In this document: piece by piece, positions 27,024 through 38,766 of the stretch | Layout of the letters: each line of letters starts with the position of its first letter | Numbering within the stretch: the first letter of the stretch is position 1 | DNA from: a virus | IMG/VR virus record: IMGVR_UViG_3300046170_000446 | Location: 41,118-105,117 of that record | DNA length: 64,000 nucleotides | Reading direction: 5' to 3' (one strand) | Program-made: the position numbers and the translations under genes | The notes under the pieces: generated by a model | The model's input: only the letters and a program-made list of their open reading frames with translations | Database searches by the model: none | What the model was told of the DNA's origin: nothing

Positions 27024-30000
27024 TTACAGGTTATGTGCGAGGTACTCTGAGATGTCACCGCGAAGACCTGGGTACACGACGCTTAGCTGAGCGAGTGATT
27101 GTAGGTCGCTCGCTTGTTTACGGCGCTTAGTACGCTTAGTAGTCTTCGACTTGGTAGTCTTAGGCTTAGTACGCTTAGTAGTCTTAGGCTTGGTAGTCTT
27201 CGACTTGGTAGTCTTAGGCTTGGTAGCCTTAGGCTTGGTACGCTTAGTAGCCTTAGGCTTCGTTCGCTTGGTAGCCTTAGGCTTAGGCTTAGTAGCCTTA
27301 GGCTTCTTCGTTGTCTCAGCTAACTGAGTGCCAGCTTCCGCAATCGCCTGATTGAGGAGCTTCTTAACGGCTCTCTTGATAGCGCGACGGTTTTTCTCAA
27401 GACCCTCCTTCGCCACATAAGGAACACCATGCTTCTTAGCGATAGCCTTTAACGGAGTCGCCTTGATGCTTGAGTCTGCAAGTGCGCTAAAGTCTGTCTG
27501 CAAATCTGCAACCTTCTTAGCGATAGCTTTAGTGGTCTTGGTAGACTTGGTGGTCTTGGTAGACTTGGTGGTCTTGGTAGACTTGGTGGTCTTGGTAGAC
27601 TTTGGTAGACTTGGTGGTCTTGGTGGTCTTGGTAGACTTGGTGCGCTTAGTACGCTTTGTACGGGCTCTAGACGAACGCTCTTCTAGTCTCGCAAGCTCA
27701 GCCTTCAATCTCTTTCTGATCTCTCTCAGGATCGCTTTACGGGCTTCTTCTTTAGTAGCTGTCGTTACAGAAGGAGTTAAGCCGTATTTAACAGAGAGTG
27801 CCTTGAGGTCTTTAACCTTCAAACCGCTGATACTGCGACCTCTTAAGTCAAGGAACTGCCTATCTGCGGATAACTCCTCTGCGCTGATTGTAGGAGTCGT
27901 CGGTGCGGTGGTCTTAGTAGTCCTTCTTTGAGCTCTCTCAGCAGACCGAGCCTTTGCCCTGTCAAGCCTCTCACGTCTCTCGTTACGCTCCTTGACTCTC
28001 TTAACGCGAGCTTTCCGAGCCTCTTCCTCAAGACGTTTCTTACGCTTCGCTTCTGTGTCTGCTTCAGCAAACTCTTGGCGAACGCGAGGCTTCTTTTGAG
28101 GTGCGGTAGCCTGAGTTGTACGAGCCACTCTTACCGACTTAATGTGCTGGAACGCACTATAGCGACCCGCAAAAGTGTTCAAGTCAAACGAAGAGAGGTT
28201 AATCGACTCACTACGAGAAATCTCAGCAAGAGCATCCTTATCAGGGGCGCTGTAAACGCGGTTGATATAGTTGTCAGCCCCTTTGCGACCTTCTACGGTG
28301 TTCAGGTCAAACGCTGAAATATCTCCGCCCACAGATCGAGCCTTGATGTTTAGGTCTTCTGCCGAGATCACAGTATCTGCGCCTTCTTCTATGAAGGAGC
28401 TCTTGATGTTCTCAACTTGCTCGTCAATCTTACGGACAATGTTGCGTCTTAGACTCGCTTCGGTAGAGCGAGCTGTTACACGGATGCCGAGCTTCTTAGC
28501 CACTAGAGCCAGCTTCTCAACTCCCTCAACAGGTCTGTTTCGCTTAACCGCAGTATTGGCTTTCTTTAAGCCTCTCTTACGCTCGCTGACGAGAGCCCGC
28601 GCACTCTTAATATTAGCGTCTAGCTCTACAAGTGCAGAAGCCGCTCCTGTATCGCCCTTACGCTTTGCTTGATTTAAAGAGGCTCTATTGCTGACGAGGC
28701 TCGCTAAGCTACTCTCAGCATTTTGGAGCAGAGTCTCTAGCTTGGTAACCTCGTCCTCTAAGACTTTAGGATTAACTCTCGACTTCATTTTCAGAAGGTC
28801 TGCGATGTCCTTAGCGCCCTTAGCATTCTTAGCCGCTACGTCTCTTAAGACTTCTAGCTCCGCACTGTCCGTCACCACGCGCTCAAGTTTCTCTTCAGCG
28901 CCACGTTGCTCAGCAATCGCCTTATCTGCATCCCCACGCGTCTTTAGGCGCTTCTTAAGGCGCTCATCAAGACGCATACTTAAAGTGCTTAAAGGTGTAG
29001 ATGCTCCCTGAGGATAGTCTTTCTTTAGGTACTTCATCTCGCCATAAATGCCTGCTTCTACAGCCTGCTTTGCGAGCGTGTCGAACATAAGCTCGTAAAA
29101 GCGTTGGTCAGCACCACCTGAGCCTGGGTCACAGATATAAAAGTCAGGATTACCCGTAATCCCGTAAGCCTGATACATAAACTCTGCGTACTTCGCTTCG
29201 TTACCTGCCAAGAGCGCCTTCTCTGCTCTAGCTTTGATGCCTCTAGCTTTCTTAGTTTGCGCAGAGGTAGGAGTCTTGGCATTAAGAGCAAAGAAAGCCA
29301 CGTTCCCTGCATTCTCGATCTTCCGCTCAAGATTAGCGATCATGGTCGCACCGACGCGAGCTGGCTTACGCTTGATGCCTCGAAGAGAGACTCCCATCTC
29401 CTCAGCTTGAGCGATGGTTTCTTCCCAACGATTAAGAAGTGCTCTCTGCTCACGGGTTTGTTGCGAGGTTCTCGTCTCCCTACGTACCGTTTCAATCTCT
29501 TGAGCGAGATTAAGAGCCCTGGACGTTTGCTTCGGTAACGCGCTTCTTACTCACAGCCTTTGCTTGAGTGCCGTTAATCTTAGCACTCAACTCGCTAATA
29601 ATCGCTCTGACTTGATCAGCATCTACACCGTCTCTACGGAGCTTATTAGCCAATGCAGTTACTCTAATCTTAGCCTGCTTAGCCTGTTCGATAAGACCCT
29701 CAGCACGCTGTTTCTCTGCTTCAAACTCACCGCGCTTGGTTTCAATCTTGTCACGAATATCACGGACGACCTCTGCGAGCTCGATCTCGTTGTACTGGTT
29801 TTTCAAGATGAGACGGCAGAAGTAGCTCACATCATCAGAAGACAAGAAACGGCTTGAGTCGAGTAGATTAGCCGCGTTGGTTACAGCTTGGTAAAGCTCG
29901 TTAGTAATGTCACCATTCGCGACGAGTGCTTTGTAGCGTGTCTTAAGAGTGTCGAGCCGAGCCTCTGAGATGAAGTTTTTAACTCTGCGGGGGTTCTTCT

Positions 30001-33000
30001 CAAACTCTGCCTCAAGAGCTTCCATTGAGAGTCCGACTTCTTCAAGGTCAGTAAGCCCAACCTCACTCATACTAATATTAGCTTGGCTCGTACCAATGCT
30101 GTAACGGTAAAGGTGATGTCTAACGAGCTTTTGACTCAGATCAAAAATCTTAACGAGCGTCTCGTTGTCTTTGACGTGCTGGTCTACTTCGCTAAGTAGT
30201 CGGTACATACGGGGATTAGCATCTGCCGTAGAGATATACTGACCTGAGAATACATGCTCAAGAATATCAAGGATCTCACCTTTGGTGATCTCAACACCTT
30301 CAGCAACCTGTAATCTCTTTGAGAGCTGAGCCTTGGTTAAAGAGCTACGGGCGCGGTCAACAGAGCCGACTGCCCCTCTCTTCGGTAAAATCTCGCTGAT
30401 GATGTGAAGAGGGATGCCCTTTGAGGTCAAATACTCACGGCAGAGGTTATCTTCAAGGCTCTCGCTGATGCGCCCAATCTTCGCAAAGTCTTGAGCTATC
30501 GACATCTTACGAGGCTCAAGGATAACCTTACGCCCCTTCTTAATCGCGCCGACACCCTCCTTTACGCTATCGAGTACCTCTTGGATGTCACGGTAGAGCT
30601 TCTCTGCCTTAGCGCGGAGCTTTCGATTATTAGTCGTAAGATTAAGACCCTCTACACTGCTCTCTCTTATTGCTTTGTTGAAGCTCGCATAGGCGCTCTC
30701 AAGGATGTCTCTCTCCTGCTCGAAAGATTTCTTACGCGCTTGTTCTGTCGCAAGCTCTTGTCGGAGCACAGCGATCTGACTGTCAATCTCATCTCTAAAC
30801 CTATCAGAGCGCGTTCGTGCTTTCTGATTTTCAGCGCCTACGATCTTCTCCTCAAGATCGCTAATCTTAGCCGTCTGACGAGACTCTGCATAAGCCTTAG
30901 CGTTTTGGATACGTCTTCTAAAGCGCATCCCAATCTCTTCTCTCACTGTTGAAGGACGCGTGGAGTCCATCATGCGAGTCCTTGACTGGCTTCCCCCTGT
31001 GGGTCGGCGGATTTCGCTAAGGTAAACGGAGTACCAATCATTAGCGAAGTCCTCTAAGAAATCGTCCACCTCTTCCTCGACAGAGACTTGGAAGCTGTCT
31101 TTGAGCTCCGCGAACAATCTGCGTGCTTCAACCAATGCTTCTCTTGTAGTCAAGTCCGTGGTGAGAGGCTCGCCCATGTTCGCCTTAGCGAAGTCACCTG
31201 AAGAGTTTTTAGCGACCTCATTAAGTATCGCTTGGGCAGAAGACTTGATCCCCTTAACGCCAATCTTCTTTAGTACCTCTGCGATCTTCTCTGCGGATAG
31301 ACCTTCTGCAAATAAACGATACGCAATAGCGTAAGATAAGTTGCTTGGGATTGCGCCAGCCTTAGAGTCAATGCTCGCGAAGTATTTAGAGAGCAAGTCG
31401 TCTTTTGCGCTCATCGTGCGGATAATGTCTGCGAGAGACATCTTATTTTTCTTACTCTTATACTTAGTGACCATTAAGATTAGGTCAGCGATCTCTTTAG
31501 CATTACCGCTTCTTAAAGCAGACGGATCAAGCCCTAGTTTAGTCAAGACTTTAGCCTGAGGTTCTGAGAGCGCATCTCCACCGAGCACCGTAGCCTCTAT
31601 CTGATCCATGCCTGCGACACCCTCAGACTTTTGGAATACCGCGTTGATCGCTTGTAAGGCTTGGCTCTTATTAAAGTTAGCCTTAAACTTATCCTCTGCG
31701 AGCTTAACGACGCGCTTCCCCATGTATACATCAAGCACTCTTTGGTCGAGTTTCCTCTCTAACTCTGCCTTCTCGTCTTTATTTAGCTTAGCTCTAAAAG
31801 CCTCTAATCGACCTGGATCACTAGGAGCTATCTTGTCGCCGATCTTAATCTTCTTTTTTCTTTCACTCGTCCATGTATGACAGAACCGCACGAAGATGTT
31901 TCTTTGGTTAGCACTCAGCCCCATGTAATAATCATGGAAATCAGGGTCGAGGTTTCTGCTGTGTGCGATGTCTTGAATAAGACGGTCACGAATAGGCTTC
32001 ATTACGTCTTCAGAGATCGCGACCTCTTCAAAACTACGGCTCGCCCTAGGCTTATCTAAAGTCTCGTAAAGGCTAACCAACTCTTCTTCGCTCATGTAAA
32101 GGGAGAGCTGTGGCATATTAGAAGAAGCCGCTTCCCCTTCTACTCTAGCTGAGAGCCCCTCAGTGTCTTCTTCCCCCTCTTCAGGAGAACCGCTAAAGAC
32201 ATTTACCCCTGCGCCTCCTACCTCAAGGCTGTGTCCGAAATAACCTCTTAGGGCTGAGACAGCACCTCTTTCTTTAGCGTCTATAAGTCTTTCGAGGCGC
32301 TTTTTCGTTACCTCAAACCCTACAGGGGCGCTGTTACCTTTAGCTACTGAGGCTTCAACTTCATTAATTTGACGAGTAAGTGTGCCAATCAAGGAGTCGA
32401 CGTCTTTAGACCTTTGCTCTCGGACTTCCCCTTCCGTGAAAGCGTCTCGACCGCGCTCAAGTAAAGCGGTGTAATCTCTTTGGATGTCCGTCACTAAAGT
32501 TTTGACAATATTTTTGACCGCGTTGATGAACACTTGATTACCGTCTGCAACGTCTACAAACGACACTCTCTCATTGTTCGCCACAGTACGGGCAATACCC
32601 TCGACAGACTTCTTGTCGGTCTTAAGGTCGTCAGCGATAACGTTACCTTCTGCATCTACGAGCTGATTAGTAGATGCGCCATAAAGAACAGATTTAGCTT
32701 TCTCCATAACGGCTTCAGGGTGAGTTTGAGCGAGTTTTATTAGAGTATAGACGATAACACGGCCTGCGGTTCTCTTATTCTTTGAAGCCCTTGCAGGATT
32801 TTGAAGGAGCTTAGTGCCAGGCACTGGGCCGAGGTTGTCCATGACAAGCTCTCTAAAGCTAGCATTGTTCCACCAAGGGTGGTTACCTGAGAGAGCTCTA
32901 GATATCGTTGTCCGAGGGTCACCGCCTCCACCACCGCGCAGACGCTTTCTTTTCGACGGAGTTGAGCCTTTGTTGAGCCCCGCTTTCAACTCGTTAAAGA

Positions 33001-33583
33001 AAATTGACTTAGCGTCTGCTATTTGCAGTAGCTTTTGTCTGTAAGCCTCGTCACCCTCCGCCTTTTTAGGGTCAAGCCTGATAGGTAAAGGTACTCGGCT
33101 TTTTCGGTTTTCAAAATACACAATCTCCGTTAAATCAGGCTGTCTCCCTTGTACGGTTAGATTGATAGAAGAGATCTCACTCTGAAGATAATTGAGTTTT
33201 CTTTGCTTCTCTTTCTTCAATGCCTGTTTACTTTTGTTAGAGGTGCGTCGAGTCAGCAACTCCTCAAGGTAAGCTCTTCTAAACAGGTACTCAAAACCCT
33301 CCGCGTCTGAAATCATTGCGCGGAACTCATAGTCTCCATCATCTTCTTCAGAGGCGACACGCGCATTAAACTTGGCAAATGCGTCTTTGTTAAGGTAAGG
33401 CGTTTTCTTAGAAGCTACCCTTGGAAGACCATTACCCTGAGCCCGCTCAGAAGCCTTTGCTTCTCGACTGACCACATGTGACATCTTAAAAGAGGGGAAG
33501 AGGTTCGCGACGATCTCCAAAAGACGGGCTGTCTTGGTCATATCACTCGCCAGCTTACGGTAAGGTCTTCTTACAGCATTCAT
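27024..33583 (-). CDS. Giant (about 2185 aa) basic coiled-coil protein with HeH-like motifs and H1-like tails; two +1 insertions (29517-29519, 27601-27603)
   Basis: Single-base deletions join ORFs 29510-33613, 27529-29397 and 27024-27503 with coherent junctions (NVQALNLAQEI; TKSTKTTKAIAKKVADLQTD). AAAGGA SD before ATG 33583. Confidence 0.7.
27110..27310 (-). repeat. Coding tandem repeats, Lys/Thr-rich (TKPKA/TKRTK/TKSKT)
   Basis: Degenerate 9-15 bp units encoding a histone-H1-like tail. Confidence 0.8.
27530..27660 (-). repeat. Coding 9/18-bp tandem repeats (TKS/TKT)
   Basis: ACCAAGTCT/ACCAAGACC units. Confidence 0.85.
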
Positions 33584-33971
33584 ATCGGGTGTTCCTTTAT
33601 AATCTAAACTCACTTAACCTTATCTTTAAGATAAAGGGATAAATGAGAACCTGTAGCATAAAGCTCCCGACACCTTCCCTTCCTTACTTTACTTCTGCAA
33701 AACACATAAACGTGCTTGTACTACACGCGCAGGCGCGTGCTGAGCGTGCAGAAAAACAGGGCTCGAAAAAACTTTTAGGGCCTTAAAGTATTAAAAACTA
33801 AAGGTAAAGAGGGTACTCAAGGGATAAAGTAAGAAAAAAGTAGTTGTAGCTACTGGTCAGGTAGTGTAGACCTATCCATGTCAGCGTGACTCCTGTGTAA
33901 CGCACCTAGTCATAACGCTGTACTGACTTAAACCTCCCAAGTAGGGCAACGCGCCCTAAGGAGACATACCG

Positions 33972-34610
33972 ATGAGTAACACTACTACTGAAAAGTGGCT
34001 GGCTGAAAACTACGATGAGTTGAATAAGACTCTCGTTACTTTCCTGAGCTACCGTTTCCCTCTCTCCTCTCAGAGGAGCATTGTCGAAGACCATATCTCA
34101 AACTTCATGTGTGAGCTTCTCGCTAAAGATACCCTGAGCGGCGTAACCGATCTCACCGTTAAAGGAGTTGCTTCACTCGCTTTTAACTCAACCCATAATC
34201 ATATCCGCACTATGAGTAAAGACCCTGCCCATAAACTCCGATATGGCGGTATGACTGAGGCTGAGAGGAAGAAAGCTCAAGAGCGGGGCGAGTCTCCTGC
34301 CGACTTTATGATCGCACGTAATGAGGTCTTAAAGGCTCGGCTTCAAGATCAATCTCCAGTCGCAGACTTGAGCCCTGAAGATCAGCTCTTTTTCGTGGAG
34401 CAGATTAAAGCGATGGAGGCTACCTTGCTGAGGCACTTCGGCAAGAGCGAAGCAAAGCTCGACCGAGCCATGAGAGTCTTTAATCTCATGCTAGAGGGCA
34501 ACGGCAATCGTGAGATCGCCAAGGAGATGGGCATCACCAACACTATGGCTAACAAGTGGGTGGCTAAGGTGAGGCTAATCTTAGACTCACACCGCTTATC
34601 TCTCGTCTAA
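33972..34610 (+). CDS. Sigma70/ECF-like RNA polymerase sigma factor
   Basis: Region-2-like N-terminal helices and a region-4 HTH (RVFNLMLEGNGNREIAKEMGITNTMANKWVAKVR); AAGGAG SD. Confidence 0.7.
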   Translation: MSNTTTEKWLAENYDELNKTLVTFLSYRFPLSSQRSIVEDHISNFMCELLAKDTLSGVTDLTVKGVASLAFNSTHNHIRTMSKDPAHKLRYGGMTEAERKKAQERGESPADFMIARNEVLKARLQDQSPVADLSPEDQLFFVEQIKAMEATLLRHFGKSEAKLDRAMRVFNLMLEGNGNREIAKEMGITNTMANKWVAKVRLILDSHRLSLV

Positions 34611-34768
34611 AGCCTACTTAGACACTAAAAGATATAGAATTTGAGCACCGAGGGTAGGCGTGGCACACACGCTCCCTCAATAGCTCAATTTCTTAGTCTT
34701 TTCGACACGGGTTAATCAGCAGAGGACTCAAGGTTGATTATATATTCCTGTCGGAGGGTACATGGTCA

Positions 34769-36062
34769 TTAAACCGCTACAAACTCAAGAGAGTTGCTGA
34801 TGTGTTGAAGTGAGGGGTTATTAGTTACGATGTAACCCATGTCGCTATCACGCGTTACGAAGTGAGCACACTGACAGTTAGAGGCGAGCTTAATCGCGCC
34901 TACTCTTGCTTCTTCAAGGGTAGGGAAGCACATGACTGAGTTGTTGAGGTTTTCTGAAGCTCTGCGAGACAAGCCTACAAGAATAACCTCGTCTTGAGGT
35001 ACGGACATGGTTTTACCGCTGTGAGGCATACCGCTGTTGTCATGCTTGTGCTCAACCATTCTCTTCCGTGTGCGCGGATCATAATAAATACCCGTAACGG
35101 TAGCCGTCTCACCTAAGTGCTCAATCCTGTCAAAGAGTCTACCCTCTTGCCCATTAGCATCTAAGAAAGACTCAATGCGGATACCTGAAGAAGCCTTGCG
35201 CTGATTAGAGCAACCTGCATAGATAAACGCTTTGCAGACATTTCTTGTTGCAATCGCAAAAGCTCTACCTTGATTGTAGTTGTGCTTAAGCATCAGGTGG
35301 TGCGCCCACATATCTCTCATCTGCACAAACTGTTCCCTGTTGACGGTATCGCCTTTGCCTACACCGAGTCTTCTTACGAGCGTTGAGAATTTAGGCTCAA
35401 ACTCGTTACCACCTGTCTCTGCTAGAAGTTGCTGGCGGATCGCCTTGTTTTTCCTACGCCCCCTACGGCTAGGGGTGTCTAAGTCCGTAGAGATTTGCTT
35501 CTCTGTACGGCGTGCTACACCTCTGAGTGCTCTAATGTTAGGGTCTTTCTTTTCAGCGTTGATATTCTGAACTATGCGATCAAACTTTCGGAGCTGACCG
35601 CCGCTTGCCGCGTGGAGGCGCAATAAGATTTCTTTGCGCTTACGGCCTAAGTCGCTGATCTCAACACGGAGAGCCTGAGCCATGTCTCTGAGTTGATTGA
35701 GGCGCGGTAGAGATGAGCCTGGGATCGCTCTAAGGACTTCAATGTCTGCTTCAGTCATGTTGAGACGAGCGCGAAGCTCTTGCTCTGTCTTCTGTACCTT
35801 CTTAGTCCTCTTTGAGAGAGACTTAACACGCTTAGTGCGCTTAGCTCTAGTAGTCCTTAGCCTTAGCCTTAGTCGCTTTCGGCACTGAGATTACAGGGAC
35901 ATAGGTGTCCTTAACCTCTTTAAGCAGGGCTTTCTTTTGCTCTACGCTTTTCGCTCGACTGAGTTTGCCTTTGAGCTTCTTAGCTTCAGCAGGTGTAATA
36001 CGAGCTCCTTCTTCAATGAGCTTGAAGATAAGGTTCATAAATTTCTTCTCGAAATTTTTCAT
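34769..36062 (-). CDS. Basic multidomain putative virion protein (about 430 aa); +1 insertion at 35855-35856
   Basis: Removing one base joins 35847-36062 to 34769-35758 (KAKAKTTRAKRTKRVK...RLNMTEA). Contains an HeH-like motif, AFAIA, and RKAS/RRAS/KLAS sites. Confidence 0.65.
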
Positions 36063-36114
36063 AGTTCCCCCTCATTAGGTTAGTGTTAGTTTAATGAGAG
36101 GGAGGAATAAAAGA

Positions 36115-36972
36115 TTAACCGAGCACAGGGTTAGAGTACCCTGCTAAAACTCCTCGCTGATATTCCATTGAGGGAAGTTGATGAGCGAGCTTGGTATTCA
36201 TCTTGAGTGAGAGCATCTTGAAAGCGCCTTTGAAGCCATACTTTTTGACTGCTAAGACCATCCAGCTACTAAACCATGTGCCGAGGACGATCTTGATGCT
36301 TGTAAAGAGCGCCACTGTCCACCCAAGAGTGATCGTACCCTCTGAAAGCACCGCAAAATAGCTCATCACCCACGCCCACCCGAAGAAGGATATCGCCGCG
36401 ACGACAAGAGAGACTCCCAAGAAACCTGCGAGGTAGGTCAACACCTTTTGCGCGGTGCCTTTAGGTTTAAAAGCGTCTGTAGACTTACCTGAACTGAGGA
36501 TCTTGCTACCCTTAGTAAACTTATCAACCGTCTCAACGACCTTGGAGAGAAGGCGCTCAGACTTTCTGCGCTCTTTTTTAGCGGCTCTCGCAAACTCTTT
36601 GAAATCCTCGTAGGTCATTTGAGTGATTTCAAGATCAAAGCGATCTCCATTAAGATTAACGAAGATCTTCGCATCGCAGAGCGCACCTTGATAGCTGATC
36701 TTTATACCGTCAGCTTCAAAACGCGTAAGGGTTTTCTTGAAGTATGCCTCAGCCTGTTTGCGTTCCATATCAAACTTAGCCGTAATATTACGCTTACCCT
36801 CTACGCGGGCTCTCTCAATTTTAACCCTTTCCTCAGGAGGGATCTCTGCAATGCCTTTAGCGAGCTTAGAGATCGTTTTGTTAAGGCCGTAGTGCATACG
36901 AAGCACGTCATCGCCATTACGTAGGTAAACACCTTGGCGGTTTAAGTCTCGGATGAAATCGTTTGTACTCAT
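36115..36972 (-). CDS. Membrane protein, paralog 3 of a tandem triplet
   Basis: LNRQGVYLRN..D..R..YGL..KLAK leader, two TMs, KYGFK, KLAH. Confidence 0.75.
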   Translation of the reverse strand: MSTNDFIRDLNRQGVYLRNGDDVLRMHYGLNKTISKLAKGIAEIPPEERVKIERARVEGKRNITAKFDMERKQAEAYFKKTLTRFEADGIKISYQGALCDAKIFVNLNGDRFDLEITQMTYEDFKEFARAAKKERRKSERLLSKVVETVDKFTKGSKILSSGKSTDAFKPKGTAQKVLTYLAGFLGVSLVVAAISFFGWAWVMSYFAVLSEGTITLGWTVALFTSIKIVLGTWFSSWMVLAVKKYGFKGAFKMLSLKMNTKLAHQLPSMEYQRGVLAGYSNPVLG

Positions 36973-37018
36973 TTTTTTTCCTCGTTAAGTGTGTCTTTTA
37001 ATGAGGAAGATCAAAAGA

Positions 37019-37837
37019 TTAACCGATAAATACGTCAAACTGACTTAAGAGGTAAGCCTGTTTTTTAAGTGGGGGCGCATCGTGGGCTAGCTTTGTCAAG
37101 TTTCGTGCTTTAAGTTTAACGCGGTTAACAGTCCCTTTAAAGCCATATTTTCTTACAGAGGCCATCAGCCACCTGAATAAGCCCGCCCCTAAGATAATGG
37201 ACAAGTATGCCATAACACCAGGTTGACCTGTCAGGATAGCGAGCACCATTAAGATTTGAGTGGCATGAGCACCTAAGTCTAAGATGTGTGTGACTAAGCT
37301 AATCAGCATCTTTGTCTTACGGGAGGGCTCTTTAGGCACTTCTCCTTTCCCCTCGTAGACAACTAAAGAGAGGTTAGAGAGCTTCTCTACCTCTTCTACA
37401 GCCTTCTCTAAATACTTCGCATAATCTTTATTTAGTTTACTCGTTTCCGCTACAAAAGCCTTAAACTCTTTTAAGTCTAAGGTGTCACCTCTACGGTTTA
37501 AGTAGTTGTTTGTAATCTTAAACGAAATATCTCCGTTATGGATCGCGCCTCTAACTTCTATGAACACGCCGTAAGCGCCGTATTTACTGAGGGACTTTTC
37601 TACATAAGAGTCCATTTTATCTTTGGCTTTATCTAAGACTTTCTTGAGGTTAGCCTTGCTATCTCTCTTCGCGTTATCGAGCATCTCTTGTTCTTTATTA
37701 CTCAGGCTTTGAGTCCCTGAAGCGAGCTTCTGCAACCCTTTCATTAAGCCGTAGTTGAAGCGGATAGCGTCGTTACGGTTTTGGATATAGATACCCTCTG
37801 AGTTGAGGGCGCGTACCATTGAAGCGTATCTTTGCAT
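37019..37837 (-). CDS. Membrane protein, paralog 2 of a tandem triplet
   Basis: RYASMVRALNSEGIY...KGLQKLAS, two TMs, KYGFK, KLAH. Confidence 0.75.
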   Translation of the reverse strand: MQRYASMVRALNSEGIYIQNRNDAIRFNYGLMKGLQKLASGTQSLSNKEQEMLDNAKRDSKANLKKVLDKAKDKMDSYVEKSLSKYGAYGVFIEVRGAIHNGDISFKITNNYLNRRGDTLDLKEFKAFVAETSKLNKDYAKYLEKAVEEVEKLSNLSLVVYEGKGEVPKEPSRKTKMLISLVTHILDLGAHATQILMVLAILTGQPGVMAYLSIILGAGLFRWLMASVRKYGFKGTVNRVKLKARNLTKLAHDAPPLKKQAYLLSQFDVFIG

Positions 37838-37854
37838 GATGTTTTATCCTTTTA

Positions 37855-38712
37855 TCAGTAGCGGTAAGCCATCATTAAGCCGACTTGATAATCCACCGAA
37901 GGTCGAGCAGACGCAACTTTTAGGCTTTCCTTTACTCCTTCTTCGACATCGCGAGATTTCAGCTTAAAGTAGTTAAAAGCGTCTTTGAAGCCGTACTGTC
38001 TTACTTTGTTAATGAGCAATGCTAATAAACCAGCGCCTACAATTCCTACAAGACCTCCTAAGACCCCCAAAATACTCATCTCTAAAATACCACCCCCTAT
38101 TAACAACCCTACACAGGCTATACCTTCATATAAAGCAGTGCCGATACCTAAGAGAGCTAATACATTAGTGACGACTTTCTTTGTCAGTGAGGTAACCTCT
38201 TTGGGGACTTCACCTTTGCCTTCGTACACTAAAGAGGACAAGTTGATTAATCTATCAACCTCCTCCATCGCTTCAGTCATGTATTTAGCGTAGTCCTTCT
38301 TTTGCTTGTGGACTTCAGCAGTAAAAGCCTTAAACCCTTTAGCATCCAACTTCTCACCTCTACGGTTTAAGTAGTTGTTTGTAAGGGTAAACGATATGTC
38401 TCCTTTGTGGAGAAGACCTTCGTATTCGATCTTCAAACCGTAGTTGGTAAACCTACCTAGCTTCTTTTTAGCGTAGGCTTCCATTTTCTTTTGGGTCTTC
38501 TCTGCAAACTTTTTTGCTCTTTCCTTAGCGCCCTTTTGAGCTTTCTCTAAGGCTTCAGCGTCTTTAGGGCTCATCTCTTCAGGTAGCTTCGATGCGAGCT
38601 TCTGTAAACCTTTAAAGAGTCCGTACTCAACACGGATCATGTCGTTGCGGTTTCGGACATATATACCCTCTGAGTTGAGAGCGCGTACCATTGATGAAGC
38701 ATATTTATACAT
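37855..38712 (-). CDS. Membrane protein, paralog 1 of a tandem triplet
   Basis: KYASSMVRALNSEGIY...KGLQKLAS, two Gly-rich TMs, QYGFK, KVAS. Confidence 0.75.
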   Translation of the reverse strand: MYKYASSMVRALNSEGIYVRNRNDMIRVEYGLFKGLQKLASKLPEEMSPKDAEALEKAQKGAKERAKKFAEKTQKKMEAYAKKKLGRFTNYGLKIEYEGLLHKGDISFTLTNNYLNRRGEKLDAKGFKAFTAEVHKQKKDYAKYMTEAMEEVDRLINLSSLVYEGKGEVPKEVTSLTKKVVTNVLALLGIGTALYEGIACVGLLIGGGILEMSILGVLGGLVGIVGAGLLALLINKVRQYGFKDAFNYFKLKSRDVEEGVKESLKVASARPSVDYQVGLMMAYRY

Positions 38713-38766
38713 AAGTCTTCCTTCACTGTTAGCAGGTTGATCTAAGGATAAGAGGGTATATAAGGA

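Noticed and set aside
27529-27600. VYQDHQ peptide repeat at the end of ORF 27529-29397
   Set aside because: Out-of-frame reading of the TKSTKT repeat after an extra base at 27601-27603.
32095-32115. QLSLY beta-clamp-binding-like motif in the giant protein
   Set aside because: A single 5-aa near-match in more than 2000 aa can occur by chance, and there is no supporting context.
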